Shown: positions 10,203 to 21,649, counted from the first letter of the stretch. The stretch is DNA of 64,000 nt from an uncultured Methanoregulaceae archaeon (GCA_963737635.1 CAVTTL010000001.1:96001-160000); one strand, 5' to 3'. Numbers and translations: made by a program. Notes: generated from the letters alone by a model not told the origin.

Positions 10203-11786
10203 AGGCTCGCTATGCGGGAGTACTCATTCTCCTCTTTGCCGCACTGCTCCTTCCACCTGCCACTGCCGCCGGCGTGAAGATCACGTCAGACCAGACCGAG
10301 TATTATTTTGCACTGGGACAGATCGCCCAGCTCTCACTTCCCGTATCGAATACATACTCCTCACCTATAGAGGGAACACTCCGCTTTACTACGATCCAGC
10401 AGCTCCAGAATGCCGGGAATACCCTGACGATCACGAAAAACCAGATCTATCCAACTGCGTTCCCGGCCGGAAACTCCTTCCTCAACGTCAGCGCCGGCAC
10501 ATCCAACGTTTCCCAAACGATCAAGATCCAGATAGCTTACCAGTACACGGATTCCGCACCTGTCCTCATCACTTTGCCGGAAATCCGTATCCATTTCGTA
10601 CAGGATCTCTCTCAGGTACACAAACCAATCGAGCATTCCCGTTTCCAGTACCAGCGGTGCCGGCCTGCCCGGTGGACTGGGCAACAGTTCTGTCCAGCTT
10701 GCGCAACAGGCTGTCTCTGCCCAGCAACAGGCTGGCGTGGATACAGGATCAACCTCTTTGCAATCATCCGCGTCTTCCTCTCAGAACGGTCAGATGTTCC
10801 AGAATACTTCAGTACTTAAAGCGCAGATCCAGCAGGCTGCTGCACAAATGGATGCGGCACGGAATACTTTTAACCAAGCACTTGCTGCAGACCCCTTACT
10901 CCGGCAGGTCAACAAGACCCTCACGGTGGACGGATTTTTTCGACAATCCGTGACCACGAACCCCTCAAGCGGCGACAACGGTACCTTTGCGATGATCTAC
11001 CAGGATCGCACCGGGGAACAGGTAAACCTGCAGGGCGCTCTTATAAACGGGACTGTTTACTCGGTACTTGAACAATCGGCGGCAGCACTCAACGTGACCA
11101 CATCGCTTGGCACCAACGCGACCTACCAATCATTTACGAACGATCTCATTCATTCAGAATTCCAGAGAAACCGGACGCTCATGAATGTAACCCTTACCGG
11201 CACGACAGTCAACGTCACCTATCTCTCTAGGCAGGGAGCGAGAGCATACATCCATGCCAAGATCGATAATGGAAATGTGACGTTGGTGTCGCTTGATAGA
11301 GAAAGTACAGATATAACCTCCCTCCTTCTCGGGATTATCTGTGCAATCTTCATTGCAGTCGGTGCAGGAATGATGTACCGACACGTCAAAGTACAAAAAA
11401 AGGTGGCTTCTGCCGCATTCCCCCGGCAATCGGCTGTACCACCAGACTACCAAAGCGAAGTTCTGAGCCTGCTTGCCGAAGCGGAAGCAGCATTTGCCAA
11501 CCGGAACTACAAAAACGCATACGGTTTTGTCGGCCAGGCCACAAGGGTCTATTTCTCCTGCGAGCAGGGAGAGCGCCGCGAACTCACCAATGGCGAACTT
11601 GTGCACCTTCTTGCAGCATCACGGCATGCAAAAGACCTCGCTGATATCATTGCTCTCCTGGAACGATGCAGCGACGTGGAGTTTGCAAAAGGCATGCCTG
11701 ACACCGATGAATTCGCTGCTATGATCCGGCAGGTACGGGCATTTGTCTCACCGGATCTTCTTCAACCAGGGATAAAATCCCGGTGA
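10199..11786 (+). CDS. Secreted/membrane BatD-like protein (apparent frameshift ~10619)
   Basis: Signal peptide, Ig-like N-terminal region, many N-x-S/T sequons, TM at LLLGIICAIFIAVG, C-terminal LERCSDVEFAK helical domain; joins ORFs 10199-10819 and 10737-11786. Confidence 0.65.
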
Positions 11787-11852
11787 CGATAATGCCGGCT
11801 GTAAGCCTGCTCGCAGCCGGTGGAGGCACATGAATTTGTGCGGGAAAAAAGG

Positions 11853-12272
11853 TTACCGGTAATCCGGAATCTTCCGGAGCGTGATATCCATCACGCCACG
11901 GTGCACCCGGTACGTGCTGTGGATGATATCAATTGGCTTATCGAGCTCGACAGTTGTAGAGCGGTCATCGACACAGATCCGGACTGAATTTGGCTGGATA
12001 TCCGCGAAGGGAGCATGCTCGGCTTCGGGCGGGATCGCAGCGGTTATGAAGATCTGGGTATCGGACTCCTGTACCTCGTACGGGATGTCGTCGTCATCGC
12101 TGTTTATTCCCCCGGTGAAGACCCCGGGTTCACCAGGTACATGCCTAGTCACGATAGTATACCCGATAACGCGGGCATGTTCTGCCTCGGGCATGGTTCG
12201 GACAATCTCCTCGACAATCTTGGAGAGGTTGCCAAACACTTCATCGTAAGGGTTATTGGGATTCGTCTGCAT
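11853..12272 (-). CDS. Hsp20/CS-like small heat-shock domain protein
   Basis: C-terminal alpha-crystallin-like strands (IFITAAIP, YRVHRGVMDITLRK); overlaps upstream regulator. Confidence 0.65.
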   Translation of the reverse strand: MQTNPNNPYDEVFGNLSKIVEEIVRTMPEAEHARVIGYTIVTRHVPGEPGVFTGGINSDDDDIPYEVQESDTQIFITAAIPPEAEHAPFADIQPNSVRICVDDRSTTVELDKPIDIIHSTYRVHRGVMDITLRKIPDYR

Positions 12273-12894
12273 GGACTCCTCTGAGTATAATCCGGTTCTT
12301 TGTTCTGGACACAATGCCCCTCTTTACGAATTCCGCAAGGACCGGCGCCAGTTCGTCCGGGGTATACCCGGTGACTTCCGAGAGTTCGTCCTCTGTCAGG
12401 GGTTCGTGTGATAGGGCAACTGCTATAGATAGTTCTCGCTCGCTCCTGAATAAATCGTTATGGTTCCGGGCAAGATCGGTAAGTTTCGTATCGATGTCGT
12501 GGTTGAGCTGTTCGAGGTGGGCAACCAGCTGGTCATGTGCCTGGACCATTTTTGCAAGCATGACAACTGCCTGCCGGGTCCGCTCGTCTTCAGCATTCTT
12601 TCCTGCGTTGTCCGGTTTCCCGATAGTACTCTGCAGGCTTCGCAGGGTGACATCCACGAGAATGTCGTTTGCGAGGTAATAGTACTTGCGTCGGCGATCA
12701 TCCATCTGGCAGGAGAGGATCTCCTCCCGCTCCATAAGCTGGAGATGTTCGATCACCGCTTTAGGTGAGATCATCAGCGTCTCCGATATTTCGGTGACAA
12801 AGCATGGTTTCTGCCGCAGCAACCCTATGATACGCCGCCGGTTCCGGTTCCCGAGGATATCGAGCAACCGGGCAAATTCCGCGAGATCCTCCAT
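12253..12894 (-). CDS. ArsR-family (Phr/HSR1-like) heat-shock transcriptional regulator
   Basis: LLDILGNRNRRRIIGLL..PCFVTEIS..ISPKAVIEHL..RRKYY wHTH plus coiled coil; linked to Hsp20-like gene. Confidence 0.8.
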   Translation of the reverse strand: MEDLAEFARLLDILGNRNRRRIIGLLRQKPCFVTEISETLMISPKAVIEHLQLMEREEILSCQMDDRRRKYYYLANDILVDVTLRSLQSTIGKPDNAGKNAEDERTRQAVVMLAKMVQAHDQLVAHLEQLNHDIDTKLTDLARNHNDLFRSERELSIAVALSHEPLTEDELSEVTGYTPDELAPVLAEFVKRGIVSRTKNRIILRGVHADESQ

Positions 12895-13009
12895 TTTTAC
12901 TTAATGCTAACGCTTCATATGTATAAAGGGATTGAGTAGACCCCGCGTGCCTTTCCAGGATTTCCATCAGGTTACATTGAAGAGCAGCACAGCCGACGGC
13001 CCGGCCATA

Positions 13010-13733
13010 CCTGCCTCATCATGACTTACCCCGGACATAATGATGCGTTTCCGGGAAAACACTGTTGCAAGCTCACTTTCCGGCAACAGTGAGTCCTTGA
13101 GGTCGAGAGTGTATGGGATCGAGTAATCCGGCATCACATACACCCCGGCGTTCGCGGCAACTGCCTTGCTGAAACGGGTTTCGGGGGAGGAATGTCACTA
13201 ATCGATGAACAAATTGGCCGCCTGCACTGTGCCCGTCAAGAAGATGCATTTCCTGCGTGGCCCCGGTCTGCTCACGGACATAATCGAAGAGGTGTCCGAT
13301 CGCGCTAAAAGGTCCAGTTTGCTTTTGACTCCCAGTTCGTTGGCCCGTAAGTGTATCCCAATGGATATCATACGTCCCCGGGACAATACGTTTGTGAGAA
13401 TTCGAGAACGATCACAAGACTGGACTACTTGTCAGCGTAGGAGAACCAGATATCCCGGGAAGGTTGAGCGAAGTGACCCGCTCCCGGCATAACGATGAGG
13501 ATTGGCCCGGACTGGTTCCATGATTCCGGGCGGTACATGTAAACAGTGATCGGGGCGATATGCGTTACCGAGCGTATCGTTAAACACGAATTGTCCCCGT
13601 CCCACCGGAATCCCCGTTGTTGTGCTAGCCTTGAAGAACTGGCGGAGCCCTGTTGCTGGAAAGGGTAAATGCAGCGCAGGTAACAGCGGTGACGAGAACT
13701 AAAAAAGCAGAGAAAATACGAGAGGTGTCCTCA
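13010..13733 (-). pseudogene. Degraded secreted alpha/beta-hydrolase
   Basis: Minus-strand fragments FDYVREQTGATQEMHLLDGHSAGGQFVHRLVTFLP..AVAANAGVY (GxSxG elbow); signal-like start MRTPLVFSLLFLVLV; several stops and frameshifts; ends approximate. Confidence 0.75.
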
Positions 13734-13830
13734 TATAATCAACACTTAGGATCGCACACACATGTCGCTCTTGGGTTTTGATAAACAGAGCGCTAGTGCC
13801 CGAACTACATTCCTTTGAGGTGAAAAAAAA

Positions 13831-15300
13831 TTATTCAAAGAGTCGGTAATTAGGGGCTTCGTCCGTTATCAGGATGTTATGGGGATGACTCTCGGTCATG
13901 CCGGCGTTCGTGATGCGGACAAACCGGGCCTTTTTATGCATATCGACAATGGTCGGGGCGCCTGAATAACCCATCGCAGACTTTAGGCCGCCAACAAGCT
14001 GGTAAATGACTTCACCCACACGCCCAACATATGGGGTCACCCCTTCGACACCTTCGGGCACGAATTTTGTGCTCCCGATATCCTTCTTCTGGAAATACCG
14101 GTCGCTCGACTGGCCCGAGCTCATGACACCTAGCGATCCCATACCCCGGTATTGCTTGTACCGCCGTCCCTTAATCGTAATGACTTTGCCTGGCGCCTCA
14201 TCGGTGCCGGCAAACATACTCCCCATCATCACAGTGTCTGCCCCAGCAGCGATCGCTTTTGCCACGTCCCCTGAATATCGCACGCCGCCGTCTGCAATAA
14301 CCGGGACGTTTGCCGGTGCCGCGCACTCTGCGACCTGCGCAATAGCAGTGATCTGCGGGACACCGGTCCCCGCGACGATCCGAGTCGTGCAGATGGAGCC
14401 CGGGCCGATGCCTACTTTAACGCCATCGACACCCGCATTCAGCAACGCCTCGGCCGCTGCTGTGGTGGCAATGTTTCCCGCAATCACGTCGGCATTGACG
14501 CTGCCTTTGATATTTTTGACCGCCTCGACCACCTTCATATTGTGGCCGTGGGCGCAATCAACCACCAGCGCATCGACACCATGCGCATCGAGGAGAGTCG
14601 CGCGGGTAAAATCAAACGGCCCGACGGCTGCGGCCACCTGAAGGTTCCCTTTTTTGTCCCTGGTCGCCCGCGGGTACTGGCGTTTTTCGAGGATATCCTG
14701 CATCGTAATAATACCGATCAGCCTGCCTTTTTCATCGGCCACCGGGAGGCGCTCAACCTTGTTCGTGTACATGACTTCAAGCGCCTTTTCGGAAGTGATG
14801 TCTGCACTGGCAGTGATCGGTTTTTTTGTCATGATCGACCTGATGCTCTCTTCCCCGCGTCTGGTTACGATAGCACGCACATCGCGGCGGGAGACTATTC
14901 CGATAATCCTGCCCTTCCCGACGACCGGTACCCCTCCAATACTATACTGGTTCATCAATTTCTCGGCATCGGAGACGGTTGCAGTATCTTCGACATACAG
15001 TACGTCGCGTTCAATGAGTTCCTCGGCTTGCTTGACAATGTTGACCTCCTGGAGTTCATGTTCGGCGGTCATGTTCCGGTGGATTACACCGATTCCGCCT
15101 TCACGGGCGAGGGCGATCGCCATTATCGATTCGGTCACGGTGTCCATAGCAGACGATACAAGAGGGATATTGAGCTCTATGTTTTTGGAAAAACGGGTCC
15201 GGGTATCTGTCTCGGCAGGTTCGATCCAGGATTCCAGCGGTTCCAGCAGCACATCGTCAAAAGTAAGGGAGATTGGAACTTCCAGTTTGTTGAGGTACAT
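13831..15300 (-). CDS. guaB: IMP dehydrogenase with CBS pair
   Basis: LTFDDVLL, SSAMDTVTE, GIGPGSICTTR catalytic loop, YRGMGS, PEGVEG. Confidence 0.97.
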   Translation of the reverse strand: MYLNKLEVPISLTFDDVLLEPLESWIEPAETDTRTRFSKNIELNIPLVSSAMDTVTESIMAIALAREGGIGVIHRNMTAEHELQEVNIVKQAEELIERDVLYVEDTATVSDAEKLMNQYSIGGVPVVGKGRIIGIVSRRDVRAIVTRRGEESIRSIMTKKPITASADITSEKALEVMYTNKVERLPVADEKGRLIGIITMQDILEKRQYPRATRDKKGNLQVAAAVGPFDFTRATLLDAHGVDALVVDCAHGHNMKVVEAVKNIKGSVNADVIAGNIATTAAAEALLNAGVDGVKVGIGPGSICTTRIVAGTGVPQITAIAQVAECAAPANVPVIADGGVRYSGDVAKAIAAGADTVMMGSMFAGTDEAPGKVITIKGRRYKQYRGMGSLGVMSSGQSSDRYFQKKDIGSTKFVPEGVEGVTPYVGRVGEVIYQLVGGLKSAMGYSGAPTIVDMHKKARFVRITNAGMTESHPHNILITDEAPNYRLFE

Positions 15301-15326
15301 AACACACCTAATCGTTTTTTTTATTT

Positions 15327-16013
15327 TCACCGTATTCTGGCGAGTGCGGTCTTTACCAGATCTTCGCGGATGGTCGCGTTCCGGTCACCGCCACAGACCA
15401 TGCCCCTGACACCGATAATCTCCGGGTTGATACGTTTTAAGGCATCAATATCAGCAAACATGAGGGAGCCTGCAAGAGCGGTCCCGAGACCCAGATCCCG
15501 GTTGCCTTCGGTGAACCGCGCAAGTGTTGCTTCGTCCATGAATGAGAATGTGCTCCGCCCGTCCTTGATTCCGGTATCAACCATCGCGTAATCGGCACCA
15601 CATGAGGCAGCGAGAGGAGAGATCTCAAAGGGGGAGATCGTACCCATTCGCTCATAATCGGAATACCCGGCGATAACAACAAATTTCTCGGGAAACTCGT
15701 CTTTAACCGCTTTGGCGACCGCGGCAATCACGTCACGGGCCTGGTCTTTACCAGCGAAGGCAAGCCCAATCTTCACATAGTCAGCACCGGCGCACGCAGC
15801 TCCGTAGGCGGCAAGCGCGGCACCGCCCGGCTTATACGGGAAGTCTCCGATCGCTGCACTCACCGGTTTTTTGGCAAATGATTTGATCTCCCGGATCACC
15901 CAGGGAAAATTAGCGCCAAGAGAACCCTCAGATGGTTTTTTGACATCGATGATATCGGCAGCGACAGAACAGTGAGCCTCGGAAATAGAGCTGGGGCTGA
16001 CCAACAATTGCAT
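15327..16013 (-). CDS. mfnB: (5-formylfuran-3-yl)methyl phosphate synthase, methanofuran biosynthesis
   Basis: LLVSP, DIIDVKKPSEGSLGANFPWVI, DYVKIG, MVDTGIKDG, ALAGSL, IIGVRG. Confidence 0.92.
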   Translation of the reverse strand: MQLLVSPSSISEAHCSVAADIIDVKKPSEGSLGANFPWVIREIKSFAKKPVSAAIGDFPYKPGGAALAAYGAACAGADYVKIGLAFAGKDQARDVIAAVAKAVKDEFPEKFVVIAGYSDYERMGTISPFEISPLAASCGADYAMVDTGIKDGRSTFSFMDEATLARFTEGNRDLGLGTALAGSLMFADIDALKRINPEIIGVRGMVCGGDRNATIREDLVKTALARIR

Positions 16014-16057
16014 AAACTTTAATGATCTTTTATCCTAATAGTGGTTTTGGGTTGCCG

Positions 16058-16735
16058 ATGGAATTGGTGCTTGCGTTGGATTTGCGGCGCAATACGGTCG
16101 TACACGGGAAATCCGGGATGCGTGCGACCTACAAACCGCTTGACTGGGGACTTTCTCCGACGGCAGAACCGGTCGGTTTCGTACAGGCCGTCGCACCACG
16201 ATATCTCTATATTGCCGATCTTGACCGGATCGAAGGGACCGGATCCCATGATAATGTAATTCTGACCTGTTCGAGCCTCGTGGACTGCTGTTATGTCGAC
16301 CGGGGGATCCGGACTCCAAGTGACCTGCTTACCGGATCAAACATAAAAAATGTTGTGGGGACTGAGACAAGCCTTGCAGATCTTTCGCGGTACCACGAAG
16401 GATACCTGAGCGTGGACGTTGCCAACGGAAAGGTGATCCCCACGGGAGAATCCCCGGAGGCAGTACTCCGGTCTGCCCGCGACTGGGATTTTGAAGGTTG
16501 TATCATTCTCAACCTTGGTTTTGTAGGAACTGAAAAAGGAATCAATGCCGGGACAGGCCCGCTCGAAGCGTGGCGATCAGCCTTCGAAGGCCGCCTGCTC
16601 TACGGTGGGGGAGTGTCATCTGTAGCCGATCTCACTGTCTTGAAAGACACCGGCTTTGATGGTGCTATTATTGCAACGGCCCTTCACTCCGGTACCGTCC
16701 CGGCGGAGTGGATCCGGAGGGGCTACTCGTGCTAG
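16058..16735 (+). CDS. HisA/HisF-related TIM-barrel protein (C1-cofactor-associated type)
   Basis: LALDLRRNTVVHGKSG..Y.P, LYIADLDRI, VGTET, YGGGV, ATALHSG. Confidence 0.85.
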   Translation: MELVLALDLRRNTVVHGKSGMRATYKPLDWGLSPTAEPVGFVQAVAPRYLYIADLDRIEGTGSHDNVILTCSSLVDCCYVDRGIRTPSDLLTGSNIKNVVGTETSLADLSRYHEGYLSVDVANGKVIPTGESPEAVLRSARDWDFEGCIILNLGFVGTEKGINAGTGPLEAWRSAFEGRLLYGGGVSSVADLTVLKDTGFDGAIIATALHSGTVPAEWIRRGYSC

Positions 16736-17346
16736 TTACTCTTGAGGGGATCGATGGAACCGGCAAGAGCACGCTGCTTGATGCTCTCAGGAAGAACCTT
16801 GCAGACCTCGATCCGGTCTTCACCCGGGAGCCCGGGGCTACCTGGGTAGGAGAGGCGGTCCGGCGGGCGGTAGCCGAGCAGATTGATCCTATAACCGAGG
16901 CGACGCTCTTTGTCGCCGATCATGCTGCCCATCTTGCAACGGTAGTACGTCCGGCGCTTGCCGACAAAAAACTGGTGATCTCCGACCGGTACTCGGACAG
17001 CCGGTTTGCTTATCAGTCGGTCACGCTTGAAGGCATTATCCCTGACCCTGATGGATGGCTCAGGGCTATGCATAACGGCTGGTCTGTGGTACCGGACAAA
17101 ACATTCCTGCTTGCGATACCGATAGATGATGCTCTCGTACGCCTTGCCGGCAAAAGCGGGAGGGAGCATTTTGAACGGCGTGAGATCCTCGAAAAAGTTC
17201 AGGACAGATATTTCGGGTTTGCCCGCGCGGAGCCCTCCCGGTTTGTCATCGTTGATGCGCTTCTGGAAAAAAATGAAATCGCCGGGTTTGTCGCCGACGC
17301 GATCCGGCTTACTTTGCAATCGTCACGATCACATCGCCGACCGTGA
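16729..17346 (+). CDS. tmk: Thymidylate kinase
   Basis: LEGIDGTGKST P-loop, TREPG, ISDRYSDSRFAYQ; GGAGG upstream of GTG. Confidence 0.95.
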   Translation: MLVTLEGIDGTGKSTLLDALRKNLADLDPVFTREPGATWVGEAVRRAVAEQIDPITEATLFVADHAAHLATVVRPALADKKLVISDRYSDSRFAYQSVTLEGIIPDPDGWLRAMHNGWSVVPDKTFLLAIPIDDALVRLAGKSGREHFERREILEKVQDRYFGFARAEPSRFVIVDALLEKNEIAGFVADAIRLTLQSSRSHRRP

Positions 17347-19896
17347 TCACATCGACTTGGGCGCCTTCTTCCATATAGGAATATTTCGGTGAAAACGCAT
17401 TTTCCGGGACAGCAAGATCTTTCTGGTTCACCTTTATCGTTTTTGGCGGACTCGCTAGCTCCTCTGGTGATAGCGCCTTTACCGCTTCCATAAAAGCACC
17501 CGCATCTTTCCGGAATGCTGGGCCGACGACAGACCGGTTGAACTCGATACCGGCGATTACCCGGTCGAGGTGAGCTTTATCGGTCCTCCAGTGCACGTCT
17601 GCATTTAAGGTACGGGCTGTGTCGCCTTCATCCCCAGCGGTATGCGGAGCATACACGGTAACTTTCCCAAGTGGGGCATTCAGGGCAAGGCCGTTATCGT
17701 GCTTGTACTTGCGCACACCGGCGACCACGTTCACGAGCAGGTCTCCTTCGGCCCGGGCCACGGGATCGTCAAAGCTGAACAATACCCAGGGCTGCTTGTG
17801 AACGCTTCCTTTGTTAAGGTACGAATAGCACTCCTCGGCGAAGTACGGAACAAACGGCGCAAGCATCCGGCAGAGTGCGTCGTACGACATATAAAGGACA
17901 CGGCATGAGCTCTTTCTCGACGAGCCTCCGGCATAGAGTCGGCCCTTCGCGAGCTCGATATAGTTATCGGCGAGCACGTCCCACGCGAATTCCCGGATCA
18001 CCTTAAGCGCCTCATCAAACTCATACTTCTCCATGGCAGCGCTGACCGATGTCACTGTATCGGAAAGCCGGGCAAGCAGCCACCGGTCGGCAAGCGCGGT
18101 AACCGGAGCGTTTTCATCGACTCCTTCTTTTTCAAACTGGATCAGCGCAAAACGGGCGATGTTCCACATCTTGGTTTGGAAACGTGATGCGGCGATTACA
18201 TCGTTCCAGGAGAACATGATATCGGAACCCATCGCCGCCCCGGTCGCGGCCCATTGCCGGAGGGCGTCTGCACCATACCTTCCGACCAGATCTTCGGGGA
18301 CGATAACGTTGCCCCGGCTCTTGCTCATCTTGAAACCGTCCTCGCCGAGCACCATGCCATTGACGAGAATCTGATCCCAGGGTTTGCTTCCGGTCAAAGC
18401 CACTGAGCGCAAGATCGAATAGAATGCCCAGGTCCGGATAATATCATGGCCCTGCGGCCGGATCTGCGCCGGGAAGATCTTCGGTATGCCTGATCCGTCC
18501 CACCCAGTAACGTTGAGGACGGATATAGAAGAATCCATCCATGTATCAAGCACATCCTCTTCTCCCTTGAATTCATGCCCGCCACACTTATGGCAGGGAT
18601 GCTTTGGTTGTGTCAGCGTCGGATCACAGGGAAGGTCCTTTTCGTCTGGCACCACCATCTCACCGCATTTCGTACAGAACCAGACCGGGATTGGGGTCGC
18701 AAAAATCCGCTGCCGGGAGATGCACCAGTCCCATTCCATCTGGTCAATCCAGTTCTCCATGCGCAGCAACATGTGCCGGGGATACCAGGCAATCTGGTGG
18801 GCGGCGTCGCGGATCTCCTTTTGCCGGATCCGAATAAACCACTGCCGGTTTGAGAGGATTTCAATAGGCGTCTTGCAGCGCCAGCAGGTACCAACACGCT
18901 GCGAGAGGTTCTCCTGTTTTTTGAGAATCCCGGCAGATTTCATATCAGCGAGGATCGCCTTCCGGCATTCCCCAGTGGAAAGACCGGTATAGGTGCCACA
19001 GATTTCCGTCATCTTTCCTGCGCGATCAATGGCTTTCCGGAGCGGAAGGTTATGCTGCTTCCACCAGTGGACATCCTGCTTGTCGCCAAACGTACAGATC
19101 ATGACCGCACCGGACCCGAATGCCGGGTCAACTGCTTCATCCTCTACAACCGGTACAGTGTGGCCAAAGAGCGGTACGGCAAGGGTATTTCCTTTTAACC
19201 GCTGATACCGGTCATCGGTAGGGTGAACCGCAACTGCGACGCAGGCGGCAAGGAGCTCCGCCGGGTGGTCGCAATCTCCACGCCATCGAAATCGAAATAG
19301 TTCAGCTGCGTCTCACGATCCTCGTAAGTGACCTCAGCGAACGCAATTGCCGTCTCGCACCGGGTACAGTAGTTGACCGGGTGCTCGTCCTGATAGATAT
19401 ATCCGGATTTCAGCATCCTTAAAAAAGAGAGCTGGGTCTTTGTGTAATATTCCGGCATCATCGTAACGTACTCGTTGCTCCAGTCCGTGGAAAACGCCAT
19501 GCGCCGGAGCGTCAGGCGCATCTGCTCGATGTTTTTTATCGTGAGCTCCCGGCACATCCGCCGGAACTCTTCACGCGAGACATCGTTTTTGGTGATATGG
19601 TTGAGCTCCTCGACTTTTACTTCGGTGGGAAGGCCGTGGCAGTCCCAGCCCTGCGGGAACATCACATTATAACCCTTCATTCGCTTATATCGGGCAAAGA
19701 AGTCGATATAACACCAGTTCAGCGCATTGCCGATATGGAAATTACCCGTCGGGTAGGGCGGAGGCGTATCGATCACAAACTGCGGCTTTTTTGAGGTGCG
19801 ATCAAAATAGTGGTCCTCATCGCGCCAGCTCTTCTGCCAACGCTCCTCCACTACGGCAAAATCATAATTTTTGGGCAGCTTGTCAGAGGAAACCAT
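17309..19896 (-). CDS. valS: Valyl-tRNA synthetase (apparent frameshift ~19260)
   Basis: [15 protein letters not shown] (HIGH), [23 protein letters not shown]; break falls in conserved ATTRPELL. Confidence 0.96.
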
Positions 19897-20011
19897 TCCG
19901 TACCGGATACGTCGTTTCATAAAATATAGTGATTGGTCCCATCCAACGAAGCCATCACGGCAGGATGAAAAACGATAAGGCTCATCTTATCTGGAAACAA
20001 ATATCTGGGCA

Positions 20012-21229
20012 ATGGCCAAGCAGCGGGGACTGGGATACGCAGCTGCACTCACTGGAGGCGCCATCCTGGCCGGCCCGTATGTGCAGCCGCCGTGGCTGAT
20101 CGCACTCATTATTATCCTCTTCTCCCTTATCCTCTGGCGTTTTTTTGAGATGAAATATCTCGCGTATGTCTTCTGTATCCTGTCCGGACTCTATGCAGTC
20201 AACCTTCTCCCGTTTCTGGTCCTTGCAACGACACTTGCCATGATTGCACTTGGCGAACTGGTCTTTCAGTCCGGGGCAGACGATCTTAACACCTACCTTT
20301 ACTATGTCATTTCTACAGCATGGGCAGGGATGCTGGTCATGGCATACCTCCATGAGAACGCATTCCTTATGATAATCTTCGGTATCATCGCCGCAGTGCT
20401 CTTAAAGGTGATCCTCCTGCGGTTCGAAGATTCGCTTGTCCTTGAAGGGATCGGAATGGCGATGACGATGTACCTCATACAGGAACTTAATTACACAGCC
20501 AATATCGAGATCGTGATTATCGCGGTCTTCATCGCCTTTGTTTTCGGGTACTTTGCATTCCGGTTCAAGACCGCCGATCTCTCCGGCCTTTTTTCGACCG
20601 CCCTTGTCGGAATCATTCTCCTTGTCTTTGCCGAACCGACGTGGTTCTTAGTTATGCTCACTTTTTTTATTCTCGGTTCGGTCTGCACCCGGTATAAGTT
20701 TGAGTACAAGAAACGAATCGGTGTCGAGCAGGGCAAGAGCGGAGCGCGAGGCTACCGGAATGTCTTTGCCAACGGGATTGTCGCGTGTGCGGCGGCAGTT
20801 CTTTACGGTGTGTTTGTCCAGCCGGTCTTCATTGTGATGTATGTCGGGAGCGTAGCGACAGCGGCAGCTGATACAATGGCAAGCGAGATCGGCGTGACTG
20901 GCGGGATTCCTTACATGATAACGACTCTACGCAAGGTACCGATTGGGACAAATGGGGGCGTCACGATGACCGGTGAACTGGTCGCATTGGGTGGAAGCTT
21001 TGTCGTGTCAATGATTGCATTGGGCCTGAACGTCATCACGCCTTGGATGATGGTTATCTGCACAATCACGGGGTTTGTCGGAACCAATCTTGACAGCCTC
21101 GTAGGAGCATTGCTTGAGAACAAGGGGTTTCTGGGCAACGCGGGTACCAACTTCCTTGCCACCTTGGGCGGGGGAATCTTTGCGATCGTACTGTACTGGG
21201 TATTTGTAACTCATGGCATTTCGTGGTAA
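20012..21229 (+). CDS. DUF92/TIGR00297-type integral membrane protein
   Basis: RGYRNVFANG, ATAAADTMASEIG, GTNGGVT, GTNLDSLVGA; many TM helices. Confidence 0.88.
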   Translation: MAKQRGLGYAAALTGGAILAGPYVQPPWLIALIIILFSLILWRFFEMKYLAYVFCILSGLYAVNLLPFLVLATTLAMIALGELVFQSGADDLNTYLYYVISTAWAGMLVMAYLHENAFLMIIFGIIAAVLLKVILLRFEDSLVLEGIGMAMTMYLIQELNYTANIEIVIIAVFIAFVFGYFAFRFKTADLSGLFSTALVGIILLVFAEPTWFLVMLTFFILGSVCTRYKFEYKKRIGVEQGKSGARGYRNVFANGIVACAAAVLYGVFVQPVFIVMYVGSVATAAADTMASEIGVTGGIPYMITTLRKVPIGTNGGVTMTGELVALGGSFVVSMIALGLNVITPWMMVICTITGFVGTNLDSLVGALLENKGFLGNAGTNFLATLGGGIFAIVLYWVFVTHGISW

Positions 21230-21328
21230 AGGCCCGGCAGTTGACAATATATGACTGATACTTGAGTGTACGACGAAGATGTTTTTAGATCAGATACTAA
21301 TCTGGCAATTCACTAAAACTAAAAAAAG

Positions 21329-21649
21329 TTACAGGCTGTCAAGGCTGACGGCATTGAAATCCTGTGCCACATCCTTGATGTCCTTGATACCAAACGCTGT
21401 CTGGACGCTTGCGAGCTCCAGATCGTTTGCTACATCGCAGACATAATCGAGAATGTCAATCGAGAGCTCCTTTTTGATTTTGCTTTTCTTGAGCTGGTCG
21501 ATCAGGGACGCCATCTTTTCCGGGGGCTCCATGCGGAGCTTGGCAAGGCTCATGACACACATATAGATGCGGGTCAGGTTCCTGTCCGTACCGGTGATGG
21601 TGTCAAAGAAGTTCCGGATCACCTGCGCCTGATATATCTCTCCTCCCAT
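21329..21649 (-). CDS. Hypothetical protein
   Basis: 106-aa ORF with GGTGA-type RBS and protein-like composition. Confidence 0.6.
   Translation of the reverse strand: MGGEIYQAQVIRNFFDTITGTDRNLTRIYMCVMSLAKLRMEPPEKMASLIDQLKKSKIKKELSIDILDYVCDVANDLELASVQTAFGIKDIKDVAQDFNAVSLDSL

Noticed and set aside
14542-15591. Long antisense ORFs (also 33813-35168, 45172-46089, 59349-60353)
   Set aside because: Shadows of well-supported genes on the opposite strand with no recognisable motifs
17309-19896. valS, nrdD, fcl and others as pseudogenes or programmed frameshifts
   Set aside because: Single indels in otherwise intact, partly essential genes with no slippery heptamer seen; best explained as sequencing errors
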